A stretch of 32,000 nucleotides of DNA from Candidatus Saccharimonadota bacterium (GTDB lineage Bacteria > Pseudomonadota > Alphaproteobacteria > CAJXXZ01 > 1604HC): positions 90,001 to 122,000 of the forward strand of contig NZ_CP043315.1 of NCBI RefSeq assembly GCF_008189285.1, written 5' to 3'. Under the pieces are notes generated by a model, which worked only from the letters and a program-made list of their open reading frames with translations, did not search any database and was not told the origin of the DNA. Position numbers and translations under genes: made by a program. Below, in pieces: positions 8,514-17,115 of this stretch (within the stretch, counting starts at the first letter, position 1; every line of letters starts with the position of its first letter).

Positions 8514-9329
8514 ATGAAATGCTTTATCATTGGAGGAACAACTGCTAGTGGGAAATCATCTTATGCTTTGGATTTAGCTAGCAAGATCAATGGATCTATC
8601 GTTAATGGAGACAGCAAGCAAGTTTACAATGTTTTGCCAACTTTGACTGCACAACCTGATAATTTAGAAAATCATTATTTATATGGATATTTTGACTATA
8701 ATCAAAGAATAAATATGATGATTTGGCTTAATGATTGCGTTAGAGCTATTAAAACTCTAATCGAAAGAAATAAAATTCCAATCATTGTTGGTGGCACTGG
8801 ATTTTATCTTAATGCTTTAAAAGAAGGGTTTATTCAAATACCCGATGTGAAATATGATCATGAATTAGATCTAATGAGCAATGAAGAATTAAAAACAAAA
8901 GCTACAAAATTAGATCCAGAAATAAATGTAAATCAGAATGATAAATATCGCTTGATTAGAGCTATTAATATTATGCTTGGTACAGGAAAAGCTTATTCTT
9001 GGTGGTTAAAACAAGAAAAGAAAAAATTACTTGATGTTGAGTTTCATTCAATCTATATATCTAAAACAAAAGAGCAAGTTGCAGAATCTGCATCAAAGAG
9101 GTTAGATAAAATGTTTATTAAAGCAATTGATGAAGTAAAAAATTTAAATAATACTCAAAAGCATATAAATTCAATTATAGGAGTTGATGAGATTAATATG
9201 TTTCTTAAGGATGAAATTTCTTTTGAAAAGATGAAAGAGTTGATATTAATAAGAACTATGCAATATGCAAAACAGCAAAGAACATGGTTTAAAGGGCAAA
9301 TGACTTTTGATGAAATTGTTGAGAAATAG
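8514..9329 (+). CDS. miaA: tRNA dimethylallyltransferase
   Basis: The P-loop is 'IGGTTASGKSSYALDLA' (GPTASGKT type). 'IVGGTGFYLNAL' and 'YAKQQRTWF' are conserved MiaA blocks. Confidence 0.85.
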   Translation: MKCFIIGGTTASGKSSYALDLASKINGSIVNGDSKQVYNVLPTLTAQPDNLENHYLYGYFDYNQRINMMIWLNDCVRAIKTLIERNKIPIIVGGTGFYLNALKEGFIQIPDVKYDHELDLMSNEELKTKATKLDPEINVNQNDKYRLIRAINIMLGTGKAYSWWLKQEKKKLLDVEFHSIYISKTKEQVAESASKRLDKMFIKAIDEVKNLNNTQKHINSIIGVDEINMFLKDEISFEKMKELILIRTMQYAKQQRTWFKGQMTFDEIVEK

Positions 9330-9521
9330 CATTTTGATGAAATTATTGAAATAGTTGCAATTTTACAATTTATACTTAAGAAATAAATACGCTTAGAAAT
9401 AGTTAACATTAATCTTGAGATGTATATTTAGAAGCATTTGCACAAAATAATAGCAGTTAAAATATTAATTTAATTTGAAAGCTAATTTGAAATAATTTTT
9501 GAAAAGCTCTAAATACCAAAA

Positions 9522-9597
9522 TGGTACTCCCTAGGGGAATTGAACCCCTGTTTCCGCCATGAGAGGGCGATGTCCTAGTCCACTAGACGAAGGGAGC
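9522..9597 (-). tRNA. tRNA-Glu (anticodon CUC) with genomically encoded CCA
   Basis: The reverse complement reads GCTCCCTTCGTCTAGTGGACTAGGACATCGCCCTCTCATGGCGGAAACAGGGGTTCAATTCCCCTAGGGAGTACCA. It is nearly collinear with E. coli tRNA-Glu (GTCCCCTTCGTCTAG...CGCCCTTTCACGGCG...GGGGTTCGAATCCCC). The anticodon loop is CTCTCAT, so positions 34-36 read CTC. The acceptor has a G1.U72 wobble. Confidence 0.85.
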
Positions 9598-9780
9598 TTT
9601 AAGTATTCATCATACAACGAGTTAGGGAATAATTCAATATACCTAGCGAACAATTTAATATAAATTTCTTAAATAGTGGGATGGTAGCAATTTAATATAA
9701 TTTTTTGAAGAAAAATTCATATGATTTGCACTTTAATTCAATTTATTGGTTTTTTATGGAAAATGAATTAGTTTAATATT

Positions 9781-10461
9781 ATGGCAAAGTGTTTGAACCA
9801 TATCGCATTTATTATGGATGGGAATAGAAGGTGGGCCAAAAAAAATAAATGCAGCGCTATGCATGGATATGAAGCAGGTTTCGAAAAAATGCTAGAAGTT
9901 GTTGATTTATGCGCTAAAATGAATCTGAAATATGCAAGCTTTTATAGTTTTTCTAAGGAAAATTGGTTTAGAAGCATTAAAGAATTGTATGGAATTTTCT
10001 ATTTAATTGAAAAACATGGCAAGCAAATCATTGAAAGATGGAGTAGTGCTGATTATAAAGTGAGAATTGTTGGAGATAAATGTAATTTGCCATATAAGGT
10101 TAAGAATTGGGCAGATGAGTTGGAAGAAAAAACACAAAATTGTACTGGATTGAATGTTTCTTTAGTTGTAAATTATTCTGGAAGAGATGACATTGTGAAA
10201 GCTATTGTGAAAATTATAGATAAGAAAAATGAAAATATAAATGAAAGCATAGTTAGTCAAAATTTGTATACATCAGATATTCCTGATCCTGATTTATGTA
10301 TCAGAACTGGAGGAGAGTCAAGGTTAAGCAATTTTTTCTTGTGGCAAATGGCATACACTGAGATTTCTTTTGTAGATATTTTTTGGCCAGATTTCTCTGA
10401 AGATAATTTAAATAATTTAATGAAGAATTGCTTGTCCAAAGATAAAAGATGGGGAGTTTAA
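9781..10461 (+). CDS. uppS: Undecaprenyl-diphosphate synthase (cis-prenyltransferase)
   Basis: 'HIAFIMDGNRRWAK' and 'IRTGGESRLSNFFLWQMAYTE' are the two hallmark UppS blocks. Confidence 0.9.
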   Translation: MAKCLNHIAFIMDGNRRWAKKNKCSAMHGYEAGFEKMLEVVDLCAKMNLKYASFYSFSKENWFRSIKELYGIFYLIEKHGKQIIERWSSADYKVRIVGDKCNLPYKVKNWADELEEKTQNCTGLNVSLVVNYSGRDDIVKAIVKIIDKKNENINESIVSQNLYTSDIPDPDLCIRTGGESRLSNFFLWQMAYTEISFVDIFWPDFSEDNLNNLMKNCLSKDKRWGV

Positions 10462-10579
10462 GAAATACTAAGAATTTAAATGTTATGAAATAAATATTGT
10501 TAAATTGCGTTAAATATATGGGATCATGCATATGCAATACAAGGTTTCTTTGTTTTTTGAAAAAATGTAGAATTCAGTA

Positions 10580-11221
10580 ATGAATTTCTTAAAGTCAAAT
10601 CTATTTAATAGATTAGTGTCTGGATTATTTTACGTTGGATTAATTGGATTATCAGCTTATTTAGAATATGACTCTTATTTATTTCTTACATTTGCATTTA
10701 TATTGATAATAGAATTATTTTGCGCATTAAGATTTAGCAAATCTAGCAAGAGAGTGAAATTTTTTGTTGGATTAATTGGGTTGTTGTATGTTGCAATTCC
10801 GAGTTATTTTGTTGGAACTATGGTAATGAAATTTGCTGGCATGATTATGATTTTTGCTTCATTGGTAGATACAACAGCGTATGTATTTGGACGTATGATT
10901 GGCGGTCCTAAATTAATAAAAATTAGCCCAAATAAAACATGGTCTGGAGCAATAGCGGGAATGCTTATTCCATCTACATTAGTGTCATTTTATATACTTT
11001 ACTCGCATGGAATTACTTTTGATTTTATGTTTTTTATGCAAATGATTTCTTATTTTTCATTTATGGCAGCAATTTCACAAATTGGTGACATTTTTGTTTC
11101 ATATGGAAAAAGGAAGTTAGACATAAAAGATTCTAGCAAGTTAATTCCTGGACATGGCGGCTTATGGGATAGAATGGATAGCGTTCTCGCTATCGCAATT
11201 GGCTTTTTGCTAATCAGATAG
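10580..11221 (+). CDS. cdsA: Phosphatidate cytidylyltransferase
   Basis: The CdsA signature region is 'SPNKTWSGAIAGM ... GDIFVSYGKRKLDIKDSSKLIPGHGGLWDRMDS'. The protein is polytopic, and the uppS-cdsA adjacency is conserved. Confidence 0.85.
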   Translation: MNFLKSNLFNRLVSGLFYVGLIGLSAYLEYDSYLFLTFAFILIIELFCALRFSKSSKRVKFFVGLIGLLYVAIPSYFVGTMVMKFAGMIMIFASLVDTTAYVFGRMIGGPKLIKISPNKTWSGAIAGMLIPSTLVSFYILYSHGITFDFMFFMQMISYFSFMAAISQIGDIFVSYGKRKLDIKDSSKLIPGHGGLWDRMDSVLAIAIGFLLIR

Positions 11222-11355
11222 CTTTGCTATCACAATTGGCTTCTTGTTAATCAGATAGGTTTTGCTATCACAATTGGCTTTTTGCTAATCAGATAGCTTT
11301 GCTATCTAATCTGATTATGCTTATCAATCGGATAATGGATAGCGTTCTAGCTATC
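11189..11355. repeat. Tandem echoes of the cdsA 3' end, each carrying its own TAG stop
   Basis: Copy 1 (11189-11221) is 'gctatcgcaattggctttttgctaatcagatag' and is the real gene end. Copy 2 (11226-11258) is 'gctatcacaattggcttcttgttaatcagatag'. Copy 3 (11264-11296) is 'gctatcacaattggctttttgctaatcagatag'. A partial fourth copy sits at 11297-11306. 'aatggatagcgttctagctatc' at 11334-11355 matches cdsA positions 11173-11194 at 21 of 22 positions. The periods are 37 and 38 nt. Confidence 0.85.
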
Positions 11356-11503
11356 AGTTTTTTCTAGCAAGATAATTGCTTTTTTATTGAAGTAAAATTC
11401 ACATCTAATATATTTTCACTATTATGATATGTTATTATTTGCCAAGGCAGCTTTGTCATATGATTGATATTTGCAAGACGCTTTAATTTATCATCTGTAA
11501 ATT

Positions 11504-12973
11504 TTAATTAATTTCTTTTTCTAATTTTATTATTTTATCATGTTCAATTTCATGTTGTGATGAAATTATTATGCTTGGAATATGCATTTTTAAGAATTGG
11601 ATCAATTTATTACCTGTTTTTATATCTATACAATTGAGGGACTCATCCATCACAAGAGCCCATATTTTTTTATGCAAAATTGATGCAGATAGACTAAGGA
11701 AATTATGCTCCCCTGAGCTAAATTGCTTTTGATCAAGAAGGTAGTTTTTTTCAGGAAAAAATTCAATCCATTTTTTATTGTTTTTAAGTTGCTCTAGTTC
11801 AGATTCAAATACGATTAAATCTTTTTCTTTGTATATAATATGACTTCTCCAAATATTTTGATTTTCCTGATTTAATTCAAAATTTCCATTTTTCATTATT
11901 CCTGATTTATAGAGGAATATTCCTGATATTAATTTACATAACGTTGTTTTTCCAGATCCATTATTCCCAAATATCAATATGCATTCATTAGGCTGGATAG
12001 AAAATGAAAGATTTTTAATAATATTTCGATCATCGTAATTAAATGAAATATTTTGAGCTTGAATATTGGAAAATATTATATTTTTACATTCATTTTTCTT
12101 GTGTTTTATATCAAGATTGATTCCATGAAGCAGTCCAATGATATGCCTAGATAATCCAAATAATTTTGTGATTTGTCCAATCATCATTGCTCCGTGCATT
12201 ATATAGATTGATTCCATTTTTGCAGGAACGTTAAAGTATATTAAAATCGAGAAAAATGCATATAAAGATATGTTTATTATAAGTGCAAATGATCTTATGT
12301 ATATTACTTGTTTATTGTATGCATTATATTCTTTTTGAAGTTTTGTTGTGACCTCATCTTGAAATAAAGAGGAAGATTGATGAAATGATTCTTTGTATTT
12401 TATAGCTAAAATCGATTGAGAATTTGTTGCATTATCAGCAGCATAAGCTTTTTTTATCATGGGGGTCCATTTTATAATTGCAAAAACATAAAATATAGAA
12501 TACGAAATAAATGCAGGAATTAGATATAGCAATATATTGCTGCGATACATTATTAGTCCATGAAGTGCAAATGAAAATAAATGTATGGAAAAATTAAATG
12601 ATGAATTTATTATTCTATGCATGTGATCTGATAATCGTTTAATTTGCCCTAATTCAACTGATTTATCTCCATCTGATGATATGTATGTTTTCACTGCATG
12701 GCTTTTAGCATCTATAATTATCGCATTAAATGCTTTGTATGTTAGTAAATTTCTTAGTTGTGGATATGCATTTGTAAGCAATTTTTTATTTATTATAATA
12801 AATGCAGAAATTGTTGATTTATCTACAAAAACAGAATAAAGAAGAAGTGGAAAAATCCCATTTGATGCAATATATATTGCAGATATCAAGATTAAGAGTA
12901 AAAAACGCAGTTTGAATTTCATTGCATTGTGTAAAAATATTTTTATCAAGCGAATATATAATGGAAAAATCAT
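11504..12973 (-). CDS. ABC transporter, fused permease/ATP-binding protein (exporter type)
   Basis: The N-terminal ~290 aa are hydrophobic. Walker A is 'GNNGSGKTTL'. The degenerate signature is 'FSSGEHNFLS' (compare LSGGQ). Walker B is 'ALVMDESLNCID', and the H-loop is 'IIISSQHE'. At 489 aa it is shorter than typical half-transporters. Confidence 0.75.
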   Translation of the reverse strand: MIFPLYIRLIKIFLHNAMKFKLRFLLLILISAIYIASNGIFPLLLYSVFVDKSTISAFIIINKKLLTNAYPQLRNLLTYKAFNAIIIDAKSHAVKTYISSDGDKSVELGQIKRLSDHMHRIINSSFNFSIHLFSFALHGLIMYRSNILLYLIPAFISYSIFYVFAIIKWTPMIKKAYAADNATNSQSILAIKYKESFHQSSSLFQDEVTTKLQKEYNAYNKQVIYIRSFALIINISLYAFFSILIYFNVPAKMESIYIMHGAMMIGQITKLFGLSRHIIGLLHGINLDIKHKKNECKNIIFSNIQAQNISFNYDDRNIIKNLSFSIQPNECILIFGNNGSGKTTLCKLISGIFLYKSGIMKNGNFELNQENQNIWRSHIIYKEKDLIVFESELEQLKNNKKWIEFFPEKNYLLDQKQFSSGEHNFLSLSASILHKKIWALVMDESLNCIDIKTGNKLIQFLKMHIPSIIISSQHEIEHDKIIKLEKEIN

Positions 12974-13152
12974 TATCCAATAATATGTTGCAGAGCAATT
13001 AATTGCAATTAAATTAATTTAAGAATATTGCAAAGCTGGATTGAAAAATCATTAAATTTATTAAGAAAATTAGGTAAATCTTAAAATCTTTAGAAAGCTA
13101 AATAAATCTTAAAATCTTGAATATTATGCGAAAATCTTCTAGCATGGATTGA

Positions 13153-14346
13153 ATGAATCTTAAAAAAACCTTCTCAGCTTTTTGGACTTTATCCGGATCA
13201 ATGTTGGAATATTATGACTACATGTTGTTTACGTATATGATGCCTTCTTTTGGGCCTATTTTGCTTCCATTTGAAGATAAATCGAAAAGTTTATTGTTTG
13301 GATATGCTTTGTTGTTTGCTGCATCTATATTGAGGCCAGTAGGGGCATGGTTTATGGGATATGTTGGAGATGTAGTAGGCAGAAAGCAAGGATTAATGAT
13401 TTCTATACTATGCATATCTATTGCCTCTTTGGGAATGGGGCTAGTTCCAAGCTATCAAACTATAGGAATATTCTCTGTGTACATAGTCTTTATGTTGAGA
13501 ATATTGCAAGCAATGAGCGCTGGTGGAGATTTAAATGGATCAGCTATATTTTTAATAGAGCATCTAGGAAAAAGGCCTGGATTTGCTAGTGGAATTGCTT
13601 GGGCTTCTACTGTTTTAGGTATGATTTTGGCATCATTTGCGAATTATATTGCTGTACAATACGAGCCAAATGGATGGCGTTATGCCTTTATTATAGGTGC
13701 ATCTATAGGTTTTGTAGGAATGATTATGAGAACTCACATTGTTGAGGGGGAGGGGTTCAAAAAGAAACCAAAGATAGATTGTTCTCCAAAGAGCATTTAT
13801 CCATATTTATCTGTGATTGGAATGGGAGCAGGTATAGGTGGAATGTACTATTACACAATGGTATTTTGCTTTAACTATATTAGACATCTGCATGATTGGA
13901 ATATAAATCTAGCATTGTGGCAGACATTTTGCTTTGCTATATATGCTGCATCTATTGTTTTGTCTGGATGGCTTAGCGATTATTTCAATTTAAATAAAAT
14001 AATGAAGTTTTTTGCATTTGCAATTATAGCATTTGCTTTTCCGTGTTTTATGTTTATGAAGTGCAATTACATGTTATTTTCTATTATTATGGTTATTTTG
14101 CTAGGAATGTTTGTTGGGCCATCGCATAATTTAACATTCAGTTTATTTCCTCCAAGATATAGATATAGATCAATTTCGGTTTGTTATGGAATAGGGACCT
14201 CTATTATAGGAGGCGCGACTTTGTATGTATGTACTAAATTTATAAGTACAAGTTTTCCTGCAATTTGGCTTATTTCCTGCGCGTTAATGGGCTACCTTGG
14301 AATTATATTTGCTGAAAAAAGTCCAAAAATAGAATACATAGATTGA
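13153..14346 (+). CDS. MFS transporter, ProP (proline/betaine)-like family
   Basis: It has about 12 hydrophobic segments. 'GYVGDVVGRKQGLMISILCISIASLGMGLVPSY' parallels the ProP/MHS block 'G..GDR.GR...L......M...T..IGL.P.Y'. Confidence 0.75.
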   Translation: MNLKKTFSAFWTLSGSMLEYYDYMLFTYMMPSFGPILLPFEDKSKSLLFGYALLFAASILRPVGAWFMGYVGDVVGRKQGLMISILCISIASLGMGLVPSYQTIGIFSVYIVFMLRILQAMSAGGDLNGSAIFLIEHLGKRPGFASGIAWASTVLGMILASFANYIAVQYEPNGWRYAFIIGASIGFVGMIMRTHIVEGEGFKKKPKIDCSPKSIYPYLSVIGMGAGIGGMYYYTMVFCFNYIRHLHDWNINLALWQTFCFAIYAASIVLSGWLSDYFNLNKIMKFFAFAIIAFAFPCFMFMKCNYMLFSIIMVILLGMFVGPSHNLTFSLFPPRYRYRSISVCYGIGTSIIGGATLYVCTKFISTSFPAIWLISCALMGYLGIIFAEKSPKIEYID

Positions 14347-14466
14347 TTGTTAATAAAAAATTACACTGTTAGTAATGTGAAGGCGCATATAAATTCATCA
14401 TATGAGCTATTTAACTGTAGATTTGTTTTCAAGATTCATTTTATTGATAATCTAGATATTATTTTA

Positions 14467-15762
14467 CTAAGCTTGATTTACAAATTCAATTAGAGAAATA
14501 GACGCTGGGTTATGCGATGAAGATGGATTGTAAATGCATAATTTTTCATTTTGCGCAAAGAATCTATCATTTGAATTTATTTTTATCATAATTTGCTGAT
14601 CCGAAATATTATTTATTGTTGCCAATTCTCTTTTTATTCCAAGAACTCTTGTTTCAATTGCTGTGTTTAACATTGATTCACTGGCAATAATACAATCTTG
14701 CATCCATTTATTCATATCAGAAGATCTAGCATTTTCATCAAAATCTACAAGAAGGAAAATTTCTTCATTAATAAGATTTTCATTAATCTGCATGAAGAAA
14801 ATTGATTCCTTTTGTTCGAAATTATGCAATATATATGGTTCTTTTATTTCATCAAGAATTCTTTGTATAAATGCAAATAAAGGGTTGAAGCTTTTTAGCA
14901 AATTATCATGATGATAAATCGGAATGTCATGAAATATAGCATCAACATTAAATATTGAAACATGGGCAATAAGATTTATCAGAGCAGAAAATAGAGCATT
15001 TGGATGAGAATTATTTGAATGTATAATATGCTCTACAGGCAAGATTCCTTGCATAAAAATAGAATGGATTGTAGATGGATTGTATGTCATTTTATTGACA
15101 TGAATCTGATTTTTTATATGCATTGTTTTATCTTTTAGCAATTTAATTAATCGCTTAATCTCATGAATAATATTAGTTGCCAACTTTACATTAATGCATG
15201 GAGAATCATATAAATCAATTTTTGGTCCAAAATTACTTGAAATCACTGAGCATATTTGTATTCCAGTATGGTTAACTGGAATTTCATTGAATGCAATTTT
15301 ATAGATTGGTTTTAATTTGAAGACACATGTTGAATTTTCTCCATTATTATAATCTTGAGTAGAATCTATTTGCACAGGTTGGTAGCTTTTATCATGTGAA
15401 TCCGACTCATATGTGTAGTGAGAATCTGATTTCACTAGAAATATCTTAAGAGACTGATTCTTTTTCATATGTTCTTTGAATTTTATTTCTATAGATTCAT
15501 CTTTATTCATTGGATAAAATATAATGCTTTTATCTTCTAAAATTGCTTCAATATTATTCAGGTATATTATTCCATCTTGCAAGTTGGAGTAATCCAAATC
15601 CATATCTACAATTCCCCAATGGTAAGGCATAGTTTTTGACAAGATATAAGACAATGCATTTTCTTGAGCTGTGTCAGATTGTTGGAAATGATGAGGAGAA
15701 AGAGGCATTCCTTCATACCAATGAATTTTGTAAGGACAGAATTTCTTTGTATTAGCATTCAT
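14467..15762 (-). CDS. tssK: Type VI secretion system baseplate protein TssK (ImpJ/VasE family)
   Basis: The N-terminus 'YKIHWYEGMPLSPHHFQQSD...PYHWGIVDMDLDYSNLQDGIIYLNNIEAILEDKSIIFYP' matches the TssK hallmark W.EG..L.P.HFQQ.D ... P..WG......d...L..G......l..i.pDG. Size is 431 aa, typical for the family. It overlaps the preceding TssJ-like gene by 11 nt. Confidence 0.75.
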   Translation of the reverse strand: MNANTKKFCPYKIHWYEGMPLSPHHFQQSDTAQENALSYILSKTMPYHWGIVDMDLDYSNLQDGIIYLNNIEAILEDKSIIFYPMNKDESIEIKFKEHMKKNQSLKIFLVKSDSHYTYESDSHDKSYQPVQIDSTQDYNNGENSTCVFKLKPIYKIAFNEIPVNHTGIQICSVISSNFGPKIDLYDSPCINVKLATNIIHEIKRLIKLLKDKTMHIKNQIHVNKMTYNPSTIHSIFMQGILPVEHIIHSNNSHPNALFSALINLIAHVSIFNVDAIFHDIPIYHHDNLLKSFNPLFAFIQRILDEIKEPYILHNFEQKESIFFMQINENLINEEIFLLVDFDENARSSDMNKWMQDCIIASESMLNTAIETRVLGIKRELATINNISDQQIMIKINSNDRFFAQNEKLCIYNPSSSHNPASISLIEFVNQA

Positions 15763-16264
15763 GATTTGCTCCTATTGAATATGTTTGTCTGTATTTTAAT
15801 CCGCTTTTGATTTTCCCTACAGAAGAGGCTTTTTCAATTGCATCTGGTCCAAGCTTAATGTTTAGATGCTTAACTTTAGGAGAAAGAGTAAAGCTGTTCT
15901 TTTTATCTGATTCATAAGACATAAATACTATTGCTCCGTAACATACTGGAGACCAATTTGCGATGCAAAATGCCTCTAATTTTGTTTGCGGTAGAGGTTC
16001 AAATGACCAAACTTTAATATGCTGAGAATTATGCGCAAGCAATGATTTCCTATTTTGAAAGTACTCTTTTCCTTTCATTTTAGAAATTGTATCCCATAAG
16101 CTTTGCTCAAATACTTGAATCAAGTCCAATCTTACAACAGAATTATTGTTCATATTTTGCGATGATAATATGCCTAATGTTTCCAAAGAATATCGTTTTT
16201 GTTTGTTTTCGCATCCTATTATCATGATTGTTAAGGCGCATAACATGCTTTTCCAATATTTCAT
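15752..16264 (-). CDS. tssJ: TssJ-like outer-membrane lipoprotein (T6SS SciN/VasD-like)
   Basis: The signal peptide carries the lipobox 'MIIGC'. Size is 170 aa. 'ILSSQNMNNNSVVRLDLIQV' and 'YGAIVFMSYES' parallel the TssJ blocks 'l.a...vNp....P.vvRlYqL' and 'y.gvvAafrd'. It sits in the canonical position immediately 5' of tssK. This is a by-eye similarity only. Confidence 0.5.
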   Translation of the reverse strand: MKYWKSMLCALTIMIIGCENKQKRYSLETLGILSSQNMNNNSVVRLDLIQVFEQSLWDTISKMKGKEYFQNRKSLLAHNSQHIKVWSFEPLPQTKLEAFCIANWSPVCYGAIVFMSYESDKKNSFTLSPKVKHLNIKLGPDAIEKASSVGKIKSGLKYRQTYSIGANHEC

Positions 16265-16705
16265 TTATTTGTTTTCTCTCTCTGTTATTGTTGCAATTAT
16301 ATGATATTCAGATCTTATGATTTCAGATGTTGTTAAAGCATGCTGAAAATCAAATTTATCTTTCAATTTTACTGAATATATATCTGAATTTTGACTTATA
16401 ACAACTCCTAATTCACCCACTTTATCAACAAAATCTTTTGCATCTTCTTTGTTTTTAAATGAACCTAAATTAATTTCATATTTTTTATGGTCAATTTTTT
16501 TAATATTTGATTTAGATTGCACATTTTGTATCATATATTTATGTGATTTTGAGTAATAAGACTGAATAAAAAAACCACATGCAAATGATAAACATGAGAA
16601 AATTACTAGTGTTAAGATAAAAAATACCGTAAAGCTAATGCCGACCCTTTGCTTTGGCTCAATCAGTTTATTTCCTAAATTATTTCTTAAAATTTGATTC
16701 TGCAT
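16265..16705 (-). CDS. Single-pass membrane protein with C-terminal SPOR-like (peptidoglycan-binding) domain
   Basis: The TM segment is 'ISFTVFFILTLVIFSCLSFACGFFI'. The C-terminal 'KYEINLGSFKNKEDAKDFVDKVGELGVVISQNSDIYSVKLKDKFDFQHA' follows the SPOR pattern (y.vqlGaF.n.enA..l..kl...G........y.V.vG.f....A). Its TAA stop (16265-16267) abuts the tssJ-like ATG (16262-16264) with zero spacer. Confidence 0.4.
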   Translation of the reverse strand: MQNQILRNNLGNKLIEPKQRVGISFTVFFILTLVIFSCLSFACGFFIQSYYSKSHKYMIQNVQSKSNIKKIDHKKYEINLGSFKNKEDAKDFVDKVGELGVVISQNSDIYSVKLKDKFDFQHALTTSEIIRSEYHIIATITERENK

Positions 16706-16832
16706 AATTCATCTTCCAAAATGTTTATATGGCTTAATGATTGATAAATAGTAAATTTTGCCCTATTAAACATGAATTATATTCAATCCATTGATATATA
16801 TTTCCTTTTATTGTAAAATTTGATGGTCAAAT

Positions 16833-16905
16833 AGGAGTGTAGCTCAATTGGTAGAGTATCGGTCTCCAAAGCCGACGGTTGGGGGTTCGAGACCCTCCAC
16901 TCCTG
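16833..16905 (+). tRNA. tRNA-Trp (anticodon CCA); no encoded CCA end
   Basis: The sequence is AGGAGTGTAGCTCAATTGGTAGAGTATCGGTCTCCAAAGCCGACGGTTGGGGGTTCGAGACCCTCCACTCCTG. The acceptor is AGGAGTG/CACTCCT with discriminator G73. The anticodon loop is CTCCAAA. It is nearly collinear with E. coli tRNA-Trp and sits in the conserved position 5' of secE. Confidence 0.9.
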
Positions 16906-16920
16906 CTCAGAAAGGATTCT

Positions 16921-17115
16921 ATGATTTTTTCTAAGATTAGAAGTTTCACCAACAGTATTAAATCAGAGTGGAGGCATCTTAGATGGCCCAGCAAAGCTGT
17001 TGTTTTAAGCTCTCTTAAATTAGTTATTATATTTTCAACAGTTTGCTCAATTATTTTTTTTGGAATTGATTTTATATTTTCAAATATAATAGGATGGGTG
17101 TTGAATAATGCATAA
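16921..17115 (+). CDS. secE: Preprotein translocase subunit SecE
   Basis: 'KSEWRHLRWPSK' is followed by one TM helix, the SecE C-terminal core. It sits between tRNA-Trp and nusG. The track ORF (16879) begins inside the tRNA. I use the ATG at 16921 (MIFSKIR...). Confidence 0.7.
   Translation: MIFSKIRSFTNSIKSEWRHLRWPSKAVVLSSLKLVIIFSTVCSIIFFGIDFIFSNIIGWVLNNA

Noticed and set aside
16879-16920. N-terminal 14 codons of the secE track ORF
   Set aside because: The ORF begins inside tRNA-Trp (16833-16905). The ATG at 16921 gives a normal-sized SecE.
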